A stretch of 64,000 bases of DNA from an uncultured Chloroflexia bacterium. Its GTDB lineage: Bacteria > Chloroflexota > Limnocylindria > Limnocylindrales > CSP1-4. Each line of letters starts with the position of its first letter. Position 1 is the stretch's first letter. Under the pieces are notes generated by a model that was given only the letters and a program-made list of their open reading frames with translations, ran no database searches and was not told where the DNA came from. Below are positions 36,400 through 46,346 of this stretch, one piece after another. The stretch is from NCBI GenBank assembly GCA_963838115.1, contig CAWIPU010000003.1:26591-90590 (forward strand). Reading direction: 5' to 3'. The translations under genes and the position numbers were made by a program.

Positions 36400-38427
36400 A
36401 TGTCACTACTCGAACGTGTCGAGGCGGCCAAACGAGGGATCGCCGCACCCGTACCCGGTGCACCTGTGCCCGGATCGCCCATCCCCGATGCACCGGCCGC
36501 GACCACGCCAGAGATCGGATCGCCGCCAGCGCCAGCACCCGCGTCGAGGCAGCAGCCTGTGCTGTCGCCCCGCATGTCCGCCCGCGAGCTGAGCTTCCGA
36601 GACATCCGCAACCGTGTCGGGGAGGCGGTCGCGGATGCCTTGTCCTCCCGGATCGACCTCTCCAACCCCAGCGGCGTGCGCGAGAGCCTGGCTCGCGAGA
36701 TCGATGAGTTCATCGGTGACTTCATCTTCGAGAACGACCTGAGCCTGACCCGCGACGAGCGCCGCCGGCTGGTCGAGGGCGTCATCGATGAGGTCGCCGG
36801 CTTCGGGCCTATCGAGCCCCTGCTGGCCGACTCGACCATCACCGAGGTCATGGTCAATGGCCCCGACCGTGTGTACATCGAGCGTGCCGGGCGCATCGAG
36901 AAGGTGCCGGTCACGTTCCGTGACGACGAGCACGTCCTCAACGTCATCGACCGCATCATCACCCCCCTTGGCCGACACATCGATGAGACCAGCCCCCGCG
37001 TGGACGCCCGTCTCCCCGACGGTTCCCGCGTCAATGCCATCATCAAGCCGCTCAGCCTGATCGGCCCCGTCATCACCGTGCGCAAGTTCGCCACGCGCTT
37101 CGCCGTCGACGATCTGGTCCGCTTCGGCACGGCCAGCCCGGAGATGTTCGACTTCCTTAAAGCCTGCGTGGAAGCGCAGCTGAACATCTTCCTCTCGGGT
37201 GGCACCGGGTCGGGCAAGACCACCACGTTGAACGTCATCTCCTCGTTCATCCCCGATACCGAGCGCATCGTCACCATCGAGGATGCCGCCGAGTTGCAGC
37301 TCAGCCAGCGGCACGTCATCACCCTCGAAGCGCGTCCGCCCAACCTCGAGGGAAGCGGTGAGATCACCATCCGTGACCTGCTGCGCAACGCGATGCACAT
37401 GCGACCCGACCGCATCATCGTGGGCGAGTGCCGCGCCGGCGAGGCGCTGGACATGGTGCAGGCCATGACGACGGGTCATGACGGCTCGCTCTCGACCGGC
37501 CACGCCAACACACCGCGTGACATGCTGCGACGCCTGGAGACGATGATCCTGATGACCGGTTACGATCTGCCGCTGCGGGCCATCCGTGAGCAGATCGCCT
37601 CCGCCGTGGACGTGCTGGTGCACACCGCCCGACTGCGCGACGGCTCGCGCAAGATCACCAGCATCACCGAGGTCTTCGGTGTCGAGGATGACGAGATCCT
37701 GACGCAGGAGATCTTCCGCTACCAACAGACCGGCGTGATCGACGGCAAGATCCAGGGCGACCTGAAGCCGACGGGCATCCGGCCCACCTTCATGCCCACG
37801 TTCGAATCGCGTGGCGTGACGCTGCCGCCGGGTCAGTACGGCATCCCGCCGCAGGATCCGGCGCAGCCGGCGCGACCCGGCAAATCACGCTGGGGCTTTG
37901 GTGGCGTAGCTCCGGCCGTTGCCGTCGTGCCGGCAGGGCTGGGTCGGGGTCGCGTCACGGTGGCCGGCGGCATGGCTTACGTGTCAGCCATCGGTCCGGT
38001 CGATCCCGAGACCGGCCAGGTGAGCAACCCTGATATCAAGCTGCAGACTCGCCAGTGCCTGGCCAACCTGAAGGCCAGGCTCGAGTCGGTCGACAGCTCG
38101 CTCGACGCGGTGGTCTGGGCCAACTGGTCCCTGCGCGAGGCATCCGAGTTCGACACGTTCTACGAGGAATGGCAGCGCTGGTTCTCTGGCGAATCGCCGG
38201 TCGGGCAGGGCACACTGCTGCCACTGTCGCACCGGCGTGCCGGCTTCCGTGTGTCCGTCGGCGTGATCGCCTCGGTCCCAGCCGACCTGGCCGCAGCCCC
38301 GGCCGACTCAGCCGACCCAGCTGCCGAGGACGCCGCGGCCAAGCCCCCTGCGGTCATCTCGGTCGAGCGCCCAGTGGGCGCCGGCTCCACAGTCGCCATC
38401 CGCGTCGACGCGGATCGGCGAAGCTGA
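36400..38427 (+). CDS. cpaF: TadA/CpaF (VirB11-family) secretion ATPase fused to a C-terminal RidA/YjgF-like domain
   Basis: 'EVMVNG', 'VDARLPDGSR', Walker A GGTGSGKTT, IEDAAEL, RPDRIIVGE, 'TGH'; from about 37936 'MAYVSAIGPVDPETG...IKLQTRQCLANLKARLE'. Confidence 0.9.
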   Translation: MSLLERVEAAKRGIAAPVPGAPVPGSPIPDAPAATTPEIGSPPAPAPASRQQPVLSPRMSARELSFRDIRNRVGEAVADALSSRIDLSNPSGVRESLAREIDEFIGDFIFENDLSLTRDERRRLVEGVIDEVAGFGPIEPLLADSTITEVMVNGPDRVYIERAGRIEKVPVTFRDDEHVLNVIDRIITPLGRHIDETSPRVDARLPDGSRVNAIIKPLSLIGPVITVRKFATRFAVDDLVRFGTASPEMFDFLKACVEAQLNIFLSGGTGSGKTTTLNVISSFIPDTERIVTIEDAAELQLSQRHVITLEARPPNLEGSGEITIRDLLRNAMHMRPDRIIVGECRAGEALDMVQAMTTGHDGSLSTGHANTPRDMLRRLETMILMTGYDLPLRAIREQIASAVDVLVHTARLRDGSRKITSITEVFGVEDDEILTQEIFRYQQTGVIDGKIQGDLKPTGIRPTFMPTFESRGVTLPPGQYGIPPQDPAQPARPGKSRWGFGGVAPAVAVVPAGLGRGRVTVAGGMAYVSAIGPVDPETGQVSNPDIKLQTRQCLANLKARLESVDSSLDAVVWANWSLREASEFDTFYEEWQRWFSGESPVGQGTLLPLSHRRAGFRVSVGVIASVPADLAAAPADSADPAAEDAAAKPPAVISVERPVGAGSTVAIRVDADRRS

Positions 38428-38450
38428 GACCCGGGGTTCCTGACCCGTCG

Positions 38451-40865
38451 ATGGCGAACGACGCCCACGAACTCTTCATCGGCCATCGACTCGACGATGA
38501 GGGTCCTCTGACCGTCGATCCGGCCGACCTGACGACGCACGGCGTCATCGTGGGCATGACCGGTTCGGGCAAGACCGGGCTCGGCATCGACCTGCTCGAG
38601 GATGCGCTGTTGCAGGGTGTGCCCTGTCTGGTCATCGACCCCAAGGGGGACATGGGCAACCTGCTGCTGACGTTCCCGGACCTGGCGCCGTCCGATTTCC
38701 GGCCTTGGATCGAGGAGGCGGCCGCCGCTCGCGAAGGCATCACGCCCGACCAGCTCGCCGCCAAGACAGCCCAGACGTGGCGTGATGGACTCGGGCGAAG
38801 TGGCATCGCGCCCGAACGCATCGCCAGGCTGCGCCAGGCTGCCGGCTTCACCATCTACACGCCCGGGTCCAACGCGGGCGTGCCGCTGAACCTCATCGGC
38901 TCGCTGCAGGCGCCGGCCAGCGGCGACGATATCGAGGTCCTTCGTGACGAGGTCGAGGGCTTCACCTCCGGTCTGCTGGGCCTGGTCGGTATAGAGGCCG
39001 ACCCACTCGCGAGCCCTGAGCACATCCTCATCGCCAGCCTCATCGAGCGCAGTTGGACCGCCGGCATTGATCTCGACCTGGCGACTCTGCTGGGCCAGAT
39101 CCAGGATCCGCCCATGCGCAAGCTCGGCGTCCTCGAGTTGGACACCTTCTACCCGCCGCGAGACCGCGCCGCGCTGGTCACCAAGCTCAACGGCCTGCTG
39201 GCCTCGCCTTCGTTCGCTGCCTGGAACCAGGGGTCGGCCATGGACATCGACGCCATGCTCCGCGCCGGCGGCCGACCACAGGCAGCCATCGTCACGGTTT
39301 CGCACCTGTCCGATAGCGAGCGCATGTTCGTGATCACGCTGCTGCTCTCCAGGATGGTGACATGGACGCGTCGCCAGCCGGGCACGGGCGAGCTGCGGGC
39401 GCTGATCTACATGGATGAGGTCTTCGGCTACGTTCCGCCCACCGCGAAGCCGCCGGCCAAGAAGCCCATCCTTACGCTCTTGAAGCAGGCGCGCGCCCAC
39501 GGCGTGGGCATGGTCCTTTCGACCCAGAACCCGGTCGATCTCGACTACAAGGCCATCAGCAATGCCGGCACCTGGATGATCGGCCGGCTTCAGACCGAGC
39601 GTGACAAGGCGCGACTGCTCGAGGGCATGATCGCGGCTACGGGCGCGGTGGACATGGCTTCGGTCGACGCCACCATCTCCGCGCTGGACAAGCGTCAGTT
39701 CCTGCTGCACAGCACCAGCACCGATGTGCCTCAGCGGTTCTCGACGCGCTGGGCCATGTCCTATCTGGCTGGGCCACTGACGCGTGACCAGATCAGGCTG
39801 CTGACCGTCGAGCAAGCGCTAGAAGCACCCGGACCGCCCGCCGCGCCAGCCGCCGCGCCAGCCGCCGCCGGACCAGCCGCCGACACGGCCGAACCGCCCG
39901 TCGCGCCCGTTGCTGCGCCAGCGCCCGAGCTGGCCGATGACGAGACGCGGGTCGCGCCGGAAGTCGCCGCCGACGTGCGCGTCTACTATCTCGACCCGGC
40001 GGCTCCATGGGCCGCGGCAGTCAACGCTGTGTCCGGAGGGAAGCGTCTGGCGGCAGGTCTCGTGACACATGTGCAGATGCTCTTCGATGACACCAAGGCT
40101 GAACTCCGCGAGGAGGTGGAGTGGGAAGCTGTCGTCTTCATCGAGGGTCGACAGGTCGACTGGGGTACCGCTCACGCGGTGGACCACGACCCCCGCGACC
40201 TTCGGGCCGAGGAGCCCGAGGGGGCCGTCTACGTGCTGCCGGGAGCACCCATCAAGGAGCAGGCCTGGTTCCGAGGGGCGGCCTCTGACCTCAAGGAGTA
40301 CCTCTACCGAGAGCAGACCATCACGTTGCAGACCAATCGCGAGCTGAAGCTGTACTCGCGCCCCGACGAGACGAAAGCGGCCTTCAGCGAGCGCTGCCGT
40401 GCTGTCGCCGACGAGGCCAAGGACGCGGAGGTGGCGAAGATCCGCGAGCGCCTCAGCAGCAAGATCGATCGGCTGAATGCCTCGATCGCGGCACACCAGG
40501 ACCGTATCGCCGAGATGGAAGCCGACGTGGCCGACCGCCGCAACCAGGATCTCATCTCCATCGGCAGCTCTGTGCTCGGTCGCATCCTGGGTGGTCGTGG
40601 CAGTGCCACCACCATCGCCCGCTCGGCTGGCCGAGCCGCGACTCGCGGTCAGTCCGCTGCGCAACGCATCGAAACCATCGAGAACCGCATCAACGAAGAT
40701 GACCTCAAGCTCGAAGACCTCGAAGATGACCTGCGTGAGGCCGTCACCACCATCGATGAGGAGTGGAGCCAGAAGGCCGGGGCCATCGAGCCGTTCGAGG
40801 TCGGCCTTGAGAAGAACGACATCAGCATCGATGAGCTGAGCCTCGTCTGGCTGCCGGTCGGCTAG
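38451..40865 (+). CDS. HerA/FtsK/VirB4-superfamily ATPase (DUF87-like) with Pro/Ala linker and C-terminal coiled coil
   Basis: 'THGVIVGMTGSGKT', 'IDPKGD', 'YMDE', 'KQARAHGVG..LSTQNP'. Confidence 0.88.
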   Translation: MANDAHELFIGHRLDDEGPLTVDPADLTTHGVIVGMTGSGKTGLGIDLLEDALLQGVPCLVIDPKGDMGNLLLTFPDLAPSDFRPWIEEAAAAREGITPDQLAAKTAQTWRDGLGRSGIAPERIARLRQAAGFTIYTPGSNAGVPLNLIGSLQAPASGDDIEVLRDEVEGFTSGLLGLVGIEADPLASPEHILIASLIERSWTAGIDLDLATLLGQIQDPPMRKLGVLELDTFYPPRDRAALVTKLNGLLASPSFAAWNQGSAMDIDAMLRAGGRPQAAIVTVSHLSDSERMFVITLLLSRMVTWTRRQPGTGELRALIYMDEVFGYVPPTAKPPAKKPILTLLKQARAHGVGMVLSTQNPVDLDYKAISNAGTWMIGRLQTERDKARLLEGMIAATGAVDMASVDATISALDKRQFLLHSTSTDVPQRFSTRWAMSYLAGPLTRDQIRLLTVEQALEAPGPPAAPAAAPAAAGPAADTAEPPVAPVAAPAPELADDETRVAPEVAADVRVYYLDPAAPWAAAVNAVSGGKRLAAGLVTHVQMLFDDTKAELREEVEWEAVVFIEGRQVDWGTAHAVDHDPRDLRAEEPEGAVYVLPGAPIKEQAWFRGAASDLKEYLYREQTITLQTNRELKLYSRPDETKAAFSERCRAVADEAKDAEVAKIRERLSSKIDRLNASIAAHQDRIAEMEADVADRRNQDLISIGSSVLGRILGGRGSATTIARSAGRAATRGQSAAQRIETIENRINEDDLKLEDLEDDLREAVTTIDEEWSQKAGAIEPFEVGLEKNDISIDELSLVWLPVG

Positions 40866-41018
40866 CACGGATCCGGTCCACATGGACCGCCACCAGGTGT
40901 CCCTTTGTCATCTGCCCCGGGGGCGACGCCGCTATAGTGTTCCCGAACAGCCCGCATACCTATGCGCTCGGTCACAAGTCCGGGCGACAGGGCTGGGAGG
41001 AAAGGTCAAAGGAGGACC

Positions 41019-42059
41019 ATGAAGACACGTGTTATCGCGCTGACCGCGTCCGTCGCCCTGGCGGCAGTGATGGCGGTCCCGGTCGTGGCCCAGGATGAAT
41101 CGATGGCTCCAGAGTCGATGGCGCCCGAGATGGCGCCGGAGTCGATGGCGCCCGAGATGGCCGCGCCGCAGCCGTTCCCTGACGACGCCAAGCCCTACGT
41201 CGCCATCGTTTCCAAGGGCTTCCAGCACCAGTTCTGGCAGGCCGTCAAGAAGGGTGCCGAGGACGAGGGCGCCGCGCTCAACATGGATGTCAACTTCATC
41301 GGGCCCGCGACGGAGTCCGATGTAGCCATCCAGATCGAGATGCTGCAGGCCGAGTACGACAAGGGCCCCGATGCGGTGTGCTTCGCTGCGCTGGATAGCC
41401 AGGCCGCCAACCCGCTGCTGGAGCAGATGCAGGCGGACGGCATCCCCGTCATCGCCTTCGACTCCGGCGTCGACAGCGACATCCCCATCACCACCGCCGC
41501 GACTGACAACGTCGCCGCTGCGGCCCTCGCCGCAGACAAGATGGCCGAGCTCATCGGTGGCTCCGGCAAGGTCGGCGTCATCGTCCACGACCAGACCAGC
41601 CGCACCGGCATCGACCGATCCGAGGGTTTCGTCAACCGCATGGCCGAGGCCTACCCGGACATCGAGATCATCGGCCCCCAGTACGGTGGTGGCGACCAGC
41701 TCAAGTCCACCGACCTGGCCAAGGCCATGATCACCGCCAACCCGGACATGAAGGGCTTCTTCGGTGGCAACGAGGGCTCCGCCATCGGCGTCCTGAACGC
41801 CGTCAACGAGCTTGATATGGCCGGCAAGATCGTGGTCATCGGCTACGACTCCGGTATCGCCCAGATCAACGCCATCAAGGACGGCACCATGGCCGGTGCG
41901 GTCCAGCAGAACCCGATCGGCATCGGCGCCAAGTGTGTCGAGGCCTCGGCGATGGCACTCGAGGGCATGGATGTGCCCCCGGTCATCGACACCGGCTTCA
42001 TCTGGGCCGATGCGTCCAACATCGATAGCCCCGAAGTCCAGGCCGTCCTGTACGAGTAG
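41019..42059 (+). CDS. Monosaccharide ABC transporter substrate-binding protein (RbsB-like)
   Basis: AAAGGAGG RBS; 'SKGFQHQFWQAV', 'AFDSG', 'TDN', 'GYDS'. Confidence 0.93.
   Translation: MKTRVIALTASVALAAVMAVPVVAQDESMAPESMAPEMAPESMAPEMAAPQPFPDDAKPYVAIVSKGFQHQFWQAVKKGAEDEGAALNMDVNFIGPATESDVAIQIEMLQAEYDKGPDAVCFAALDSQAANPLLEQMQADGIPVIAFDSGVDSDIPITTAATDNVAAAALAADKMAELIGGSGKVGVIVHDQTSRTGIDRSEGFVNRMAEAYPDIEIIGPQYGGGDQLKSTDLAKAMITANPDMKGFFGGNEGSAIGVLNAVNELDMAGKIVVIGYDSGIAQINAIKDGTMAGAVQQNPIGIGAKCVEASAMALEGMDVPPVIDTGFIWADASNIDSPEVQAVLYE
41097..41168 (+). repeat. Coding tandem repeat E(S)MAP x5 in SBP N-terminus
   Basis: ESMAP-ESMAP-EMAP-ESMAP-EMAAP. Confidence 0.85.
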
Positions 42060-42087
42060 GACTGAGCCCCTGAGCTTAGGGGATGGG

Positions 42088-42118
42088 CGGGACTGCCGCA
42101 CTCACCGCGGCAGTCCCG
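42088..42118 (+). terminator. Stem-loop between SBP and ATPase genes (attenuator or mRNA stabiliser)
   Basis: CGGGACTGCCGC...GCGGCAGTCCCG 12-bp stem. Confidence 0.65.
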
Positions 42119-42146
42119 TTCGTCTATCCACGCCAGCGAGGACCCC

Positions 42147-43673
42147 ATGTCGGCTGACCTCCTCATCCGGATGCACGGCATCGACAAACGCTTCCCGGGT
42201 GTCCAGGCACTGAAGGACGCCCAGTTCGATCTGCGCCCAGGTGAGGTCCACGCACTGGTCGGTGAGAACGGCGCGGGCAAGTCGACGCTGATGAAGGTGC
42301 TCACCGGCATCTACCAGCGCGATGCGGGGACCATCGAAGTCGATGGCCAGAAGGTCGAGGTGCCGAACCCCCGCGCCGGACGCGACCTGGGCATCAGCAT
42401 GATCCACCAGGAGCTGGTCTTGGCCCCGCATCTCACCGTGGCCCAGAACATCTACCTGGGCCGTGAACCACGTGGCCGCCTCAGTTTCACGGTCGATGAC
42501 AAGGCGCAGGTGCGCCAGACCACCGAGCTCATCGAGCAGCTGGGACTCAGGTTGGATCCCACCGCCAAGGTCATGGACCTGAAGGTGGCGCAGCAACAGA
42601 TGGTCGAGATCGCCAAGGCGCTGTCGCTGGACGCCTCCGTCCTCATCATGGACGAGCCGACCGCCGCGCTCACCGACACCGAGATCGGAGAACTCTTTCG
42701 CATCATCCGCTCGCTGCGCGAGCAGGGCAAGGGCGTCGTCCACATCTCCCACCGGCTCGAGGAGCTGCGCCAGATCTCCGACCGGGTCACCGTCATGCGC
42801 GACGGTCAGCACGTCGACACGGTCGAGACGGGATCCGTCTCGATCGACGACATCATCTCGATGATGGTCGGGCGCACCATCTTCGAAGAATCGCCCCACG
42901 TGCCGGCGGACGCCGCCGAACAGCCGGTCGTCCTGGAAGTCAGGAACCTCTCGCGCGGTCGCGCCGTGCAGGACGTTTCCTTCGAGCTGCGGCGCGGGGA
43001 GATCCTGGGCGTCGCCGGACTCGTCGGCGCCGGTCGGACCGAGCTGGCGCGTCTCATCTTCGGCGCCGACCGCAGGGATGGCGGCGAGATCCGAGTGAAT
43101 GGCGCTCCCGTCGAGATCGCCAACCCGGCCCAGGCGGTCGAGCTGGGCATCGCCTATCTCTCCGAGGACCGCAAGCGACACGGGCTGGCCCTCGGCCTGG
43201 ACGTCGAGAACAACGTGGCGCTGGCCTCCTTCAACAACCTGCTCAAGTCGTTCGGCCGCATCGATACCAGGCGGACCGCCGAGATCGCCGAGCAGCGCGT
43301 CGAAGAGCTGGATATCCGCACTCCCAGCATCAAGCAGAAGGCCCGCAACCTGTCTGGCGGCAACCAGCAGAAGCTCGTCATCGCCAAGTGGCTCACCGCA
43401 GAGATGGATGTGCTCATCTTCGACGAGCCCACGCGCGGCATCGATGTGGGTGCCAAGCAGGAGATCTACCACCTGCTCAACGAACTGGCGGCGGCGGGCA
43501 AGTCGATCCTCATGATCAGCTCGGAGTTGCCGGAGATCCTGCGCATGAGCCACCGCATCATCGTGATGTGCGAGGGTCGCCTGACGGGCGAGCTGACTGC
43601 GGCCGATGCCGACCAGGAAAAGATCATGACGCTCGCGACGCAACGCGAGTCGGTCGCCCAAGCGACGAGTTGA
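42147..43673 (+). CDS. Sugar ABC transporter ATP-binding protein (RbsA-like)
   Basis: [13 protein letters not shown] twice, LSGGNQQK. Confidence 0.95.
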   Translation: MSADLLIRMHGIDKRFPGVQALKDAQFDLRPGEVHALVGENGAGKSTLMKVLTGIYQRDAGTIEVDGQKVEVPNPRAGRDLGISMIHQELVLAPHLTVAQNIYLGREPRGRLSFTVDDKAQVRQTTELIEQLGLRLDPTAKVMDLKVAQQQMVEIAKALSLDASVLIMDEPTAALTDTEIGELFRIIRSLREQGKGVVHISHRLEELRQISDRVTVMRDGQHVDTVETGSVSIDDIISMMVGRTIFEESPHVPADAAEQPVVLEVRNLSRGRAVQDVSFELRRGEILGVAGLVGAGRTELARLIFGADRRDGGEIRVNGAPVEIANPAQAVELGIAYLSEDRKRHGLALGLDVENNVALASFNNLLKSFGRIDTRRTAEIAEQRVEELDIRTPSIKQKARNLSGGNQQKLVIAKWLTAEMDVLIFDEPTRGIDVGAKQEIYHLLNELAAAGKSILMISSELPEILRMSHRIIVMCEGRLTGELTAADADQEKIMTLATQRESVAQATS

Positions 43674-43684
43674 CGAGGACACAG

Positions 43685-44675
43685 ATGCAGAGCGCAGCAA
43701 CACGAGTCGGGTCCATCTTCAAGTCAGACGCCGTCCAGAGGCTGTTGGCGCTCGGCGCGCTGGTCATCCTCATCATCTTCTTCGCCATCGCGTCTCCGTT
43801 CTTTGCGACGTGGAGCAACGCCCAGGGCATCTTCCTGGCCACCTCCGTCAGTGGGCATCCTGGCCATGGGCGTCACGTTCGTCATCATCACGGCCGGCAT
43901 CGACCTGTCGATCGGAACGGTCATGACCCTGTCGGCCGTCATGACTGGCGTCTTCGTCACCAACCTCGGTCTGCCCTGGGGCATCGGCATCGTGGCCGGC
44001 ATCGCGACCGGTACCGTGATGGGCGCCATCAACGGCACGCTCGTGGCGCGCTTCAGCCTGCCGCCGTTCATCGCCACCCTGGGCATGCTCAACATCGCGC
44101 GCGGCCTCTCGCTCGTCATCTCGGAACTGCGCCCCATCTACTTCCCCGACCAGCCCGAGTTCAACCAGGCGTTCATGGGCTCGCTGCTGGGGGATCTGGG
44201 ACTGCCCGATCTGCCCAACCTGTTCTTCGTCTTCATCGCCGTCGCCGTCATCGCCGGCTTCATCCTGAGCAAGACCGTCCTGGGCCGCTACATCTTCGCC
44301 ATCGGCAGCAACGAGGAAGCCACGCGCCTCTCGGGTGTACGGTCGATGCGCTACCTGGCGTCGGCCTACGTCCTCTCCGGCATGTTCGCGGGCATCGCCG
44401 GCGTGGTCATCGCGGCTCGCCTCAACTCCGCCCAGCCCGCGGTCGGCTTCGGTTACGAGCTCGATGCCATCGCCGCCGCGGTCATCGGTGGCACGTCGCT
44501 GGCCGGTGGTGAGGGCTCCATCTTCGGCACCGTCATCGGCGCCTTCATCATCAGCGTGCTGACCAACGGGCTGCGCCTGATGGACGTGCCGCAGGAGTGG
44601 CAGACCGTGGTCACCGGCTGCATCGTCATCCTGGCGGTCTACCTCGACATCATCAGGCGCCGCCGGCAAGGCTGA
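43685..44675 (+). CDS. Sugar ABC permease (RbsC-like), split by a 1-nt frameshift near 43853-43855
   Basis: 'MQSAATRV...GIFLATSVS' joins 'GILAMGVTFVIITAGIDLS' if one G of GGG is removed. Confidence 0.85.
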
Positions 44676-44709
44676 GTCGGGCCAGGGCAGGGGGCCGTGG
44701 CGCCGATCC

Positions 44710-45024
44710 CTAGCGCAGCTTGACGGCCGTCCCGTAGGCCAGGATCTCGCTGATGCCGGTGGCGATCATGGAAGTCGTGTAGCGCACGGCCACGATGCCA
44801 TCGGCGCCTTGTGCCTGCGCTGCCGCGATCATGTTGGCGGTCGCTTCGTCGCGGGTCTCCGTGATGAGCCGGGAGTACTCGGGCACAGCACCGCCGAGGA
44901 TGTTACGAAAACCGGCCGCGATGTCATAGCCGAGGCCGCGGGCGCGGGCGGCGTTGCCCCGAACCACGCCGATGGTCTCCGCGATCTCACGGCCCTCGAT
45001 GCGGTCAGACGTGGACAGGATCAT
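44710..45024 (-). CDS. YbjQ/UPF0145 family protein
   Basis: 'IGVVRG', 'GADGIVAVRY', 'AYGTAVKL'. Confidence 0.9.
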   Translation of the reverse strand: MILSTSDRIEGREIAETIGVVRGNAARARGLGYDIAAGFRNILGGAVPEYSRLITETRDEATANMIAAAQAQGADGIVAVRYTTSMIATGISEILAYGTAVKLR

Positions 45025-45086
45025 GTGGTCGCTCTCCGTATGTCACTCTGCCCCGCCCGGCACTCCGGTTCCGCCATCGGCAGCGG

Positions 45087-45290
45087 GTGAGTACAGCGTA
45101 CGCCGCCGCGCCGTCCCTGTCGCTGGGACCCGACTACCGCAAGCTGTGGTCGGCCGCGACGGTGTCCAACCTCGCCGATGGCATCGTCGCGGTCGCGGCC
45201 GTGGTCAGCATCGCCATGCTCTGGTTCTGCCGCCACCTCACCGATGCGGAGTTGACCGCGCTGGATCGCCCGCTTCGAGCTGACATCTCC
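45087..45290 (+). pseudogene. Internally deleted MFS transporter remnant
   Basis: MFS-type N-terminus 'LGPDYRKLWSAATVSNLADGI' fused directly to a C-terminus-like 'AVVSIAMLWFCRHLTDAEL'. Confidence 0.5.
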
Positions 45291-45544
45291 CATGGCCCCG
45301 TGCTTGGAGGCCGATGGGTCTGCTGCGGTGCCGTTGGGCAACAGACCCTCGGTACCCGTGGGGCTGACCCAAGTACGGGTTGTTGCGGAGCAGTGCGGAC
45401 GCCACCATGCGACCCAACACCTCGATAGACCGCATCACACGTGCCTTCTTCGATCGTGGTGTCCTCGGCCAACCAGTGGCGCCGAGTCCCCGAGCAACCG
45501 AGCACCCGTCCAGCAGCCCACTGAACGCGAAGTAAGGAACGTAG

Positions 45545-45739
45545 ATGGCGTCCATGGCAGTCAACGAGCTCGGTCCGATGCTCACCGCGAGCGAGGTCGC
45601 TGAGCTTCTCCACCTACATGTCAACACGGTCAAACGCCTCGGGGATCGTGGTGAGTTGCCCTTCTATCGTGTCTGCAAGCGGGGCGATCGCCGCTTCCGC
45701 CTCGAGGATGTGATGGCCTTCCTGGCAAGGAATCGCTAG
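45545..45739 (+). CDS. Excisionase/BldC-like small MerR-type HTH DNA-binding protein
   Basis: 'MLTASEVAELLHLHVNTVKRLGDRGELPFYRVCKRGDRRFRLEDV'; AAGGA RBS. Confidence 0.88.
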   Translation: MASMAVNELGPMLTASEVAELLHLHVNTVKRLGDRGELPFYRVCKRGDRRFRLEDVMAFLARNR

Positions 45740-45916
45740 AGCGACTCGACAGCGCGCAACCCTGGCCCTGGTCGAATCGAACGCCTGCCCCAACGCCGCC
45801 GGAACACCTGTGACCGGCGGCGTCGGACTGCCTGGGCGTGCCTTCCAGCTCCCGCGCTCCGATCGGGCAGGCGTACCTTGCAGCTGCTGCAAGTCCGGGC
45901 GATCGTCAGCCCCACG

Positions 45917-46336
45917 TCAGCCTTTGGTCGCGGCGCGTGCCTGTCCGACCCAGTCGTCGCGCCTGATGCGATCGGCGGCGATGTTGATCTGCGGTGCGAT
46001 GCGCTCGACGTCGGCATCGCTCCACGCAGCGATCTGTGCCAGCCTGGTCACCCCGAGCTCCGCAAGGCGTTCGGCACTTAGCGCGCCGAGCCCCTTGAGT
46101 GTGGTGAGGTCATCAGCCACGCCGGCCTCGCTCGCGGCCTCACCTTCCCCGCTCGCGGCCGAGACGACGTCCGCGTTCGGGCCGCCCGGCTCGTCTTTAT
46201 GCGACGCCGTGGCGTCCTTCACCTCCACATCGACCCCACCCTTTTCCGCGCGCTTGCGCCTCGTCCACGCCGCAGCCCCGGCTGCGCTCGCGGCAGCTGC
46301 GACAGCAGCGACCATCGTGCCGATCCTTGCCTTCAT
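45917..46336 (-). CDS. Small protein with N-terminal hydrophobic segment and C-terminal helix-hairpin-helix domain
   Basis: 'DDLTTLKGLG....ERLAELGV..LAQIAAWS...RIRRDDWVGQA'; GAGGAGG RBS. Confidence 0.8.
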   Translation of the reverse strand: MKARIGTMVAAVAAAASAAGAAAWTRRKRAEKGGVDVEVKDATASHKDEPGGPNADVVSAASGEGEAASEAGVADDLTTLKGLGALSAERLAELGVTRLAQIAAWSDADVERIAPQINIAADRIRRDDWVGQARAATKG

Positions 46337-46346
46337 CCTGCCCTCC

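Noticed and set aside
33456-40930. Genomic island integrated at tRNA-Arg(TCT)
   Set aside because: No integrase and no convincing duplicated tRNA 3' end found; the GC-rich stretch near 40912-40930 is only loosely similar
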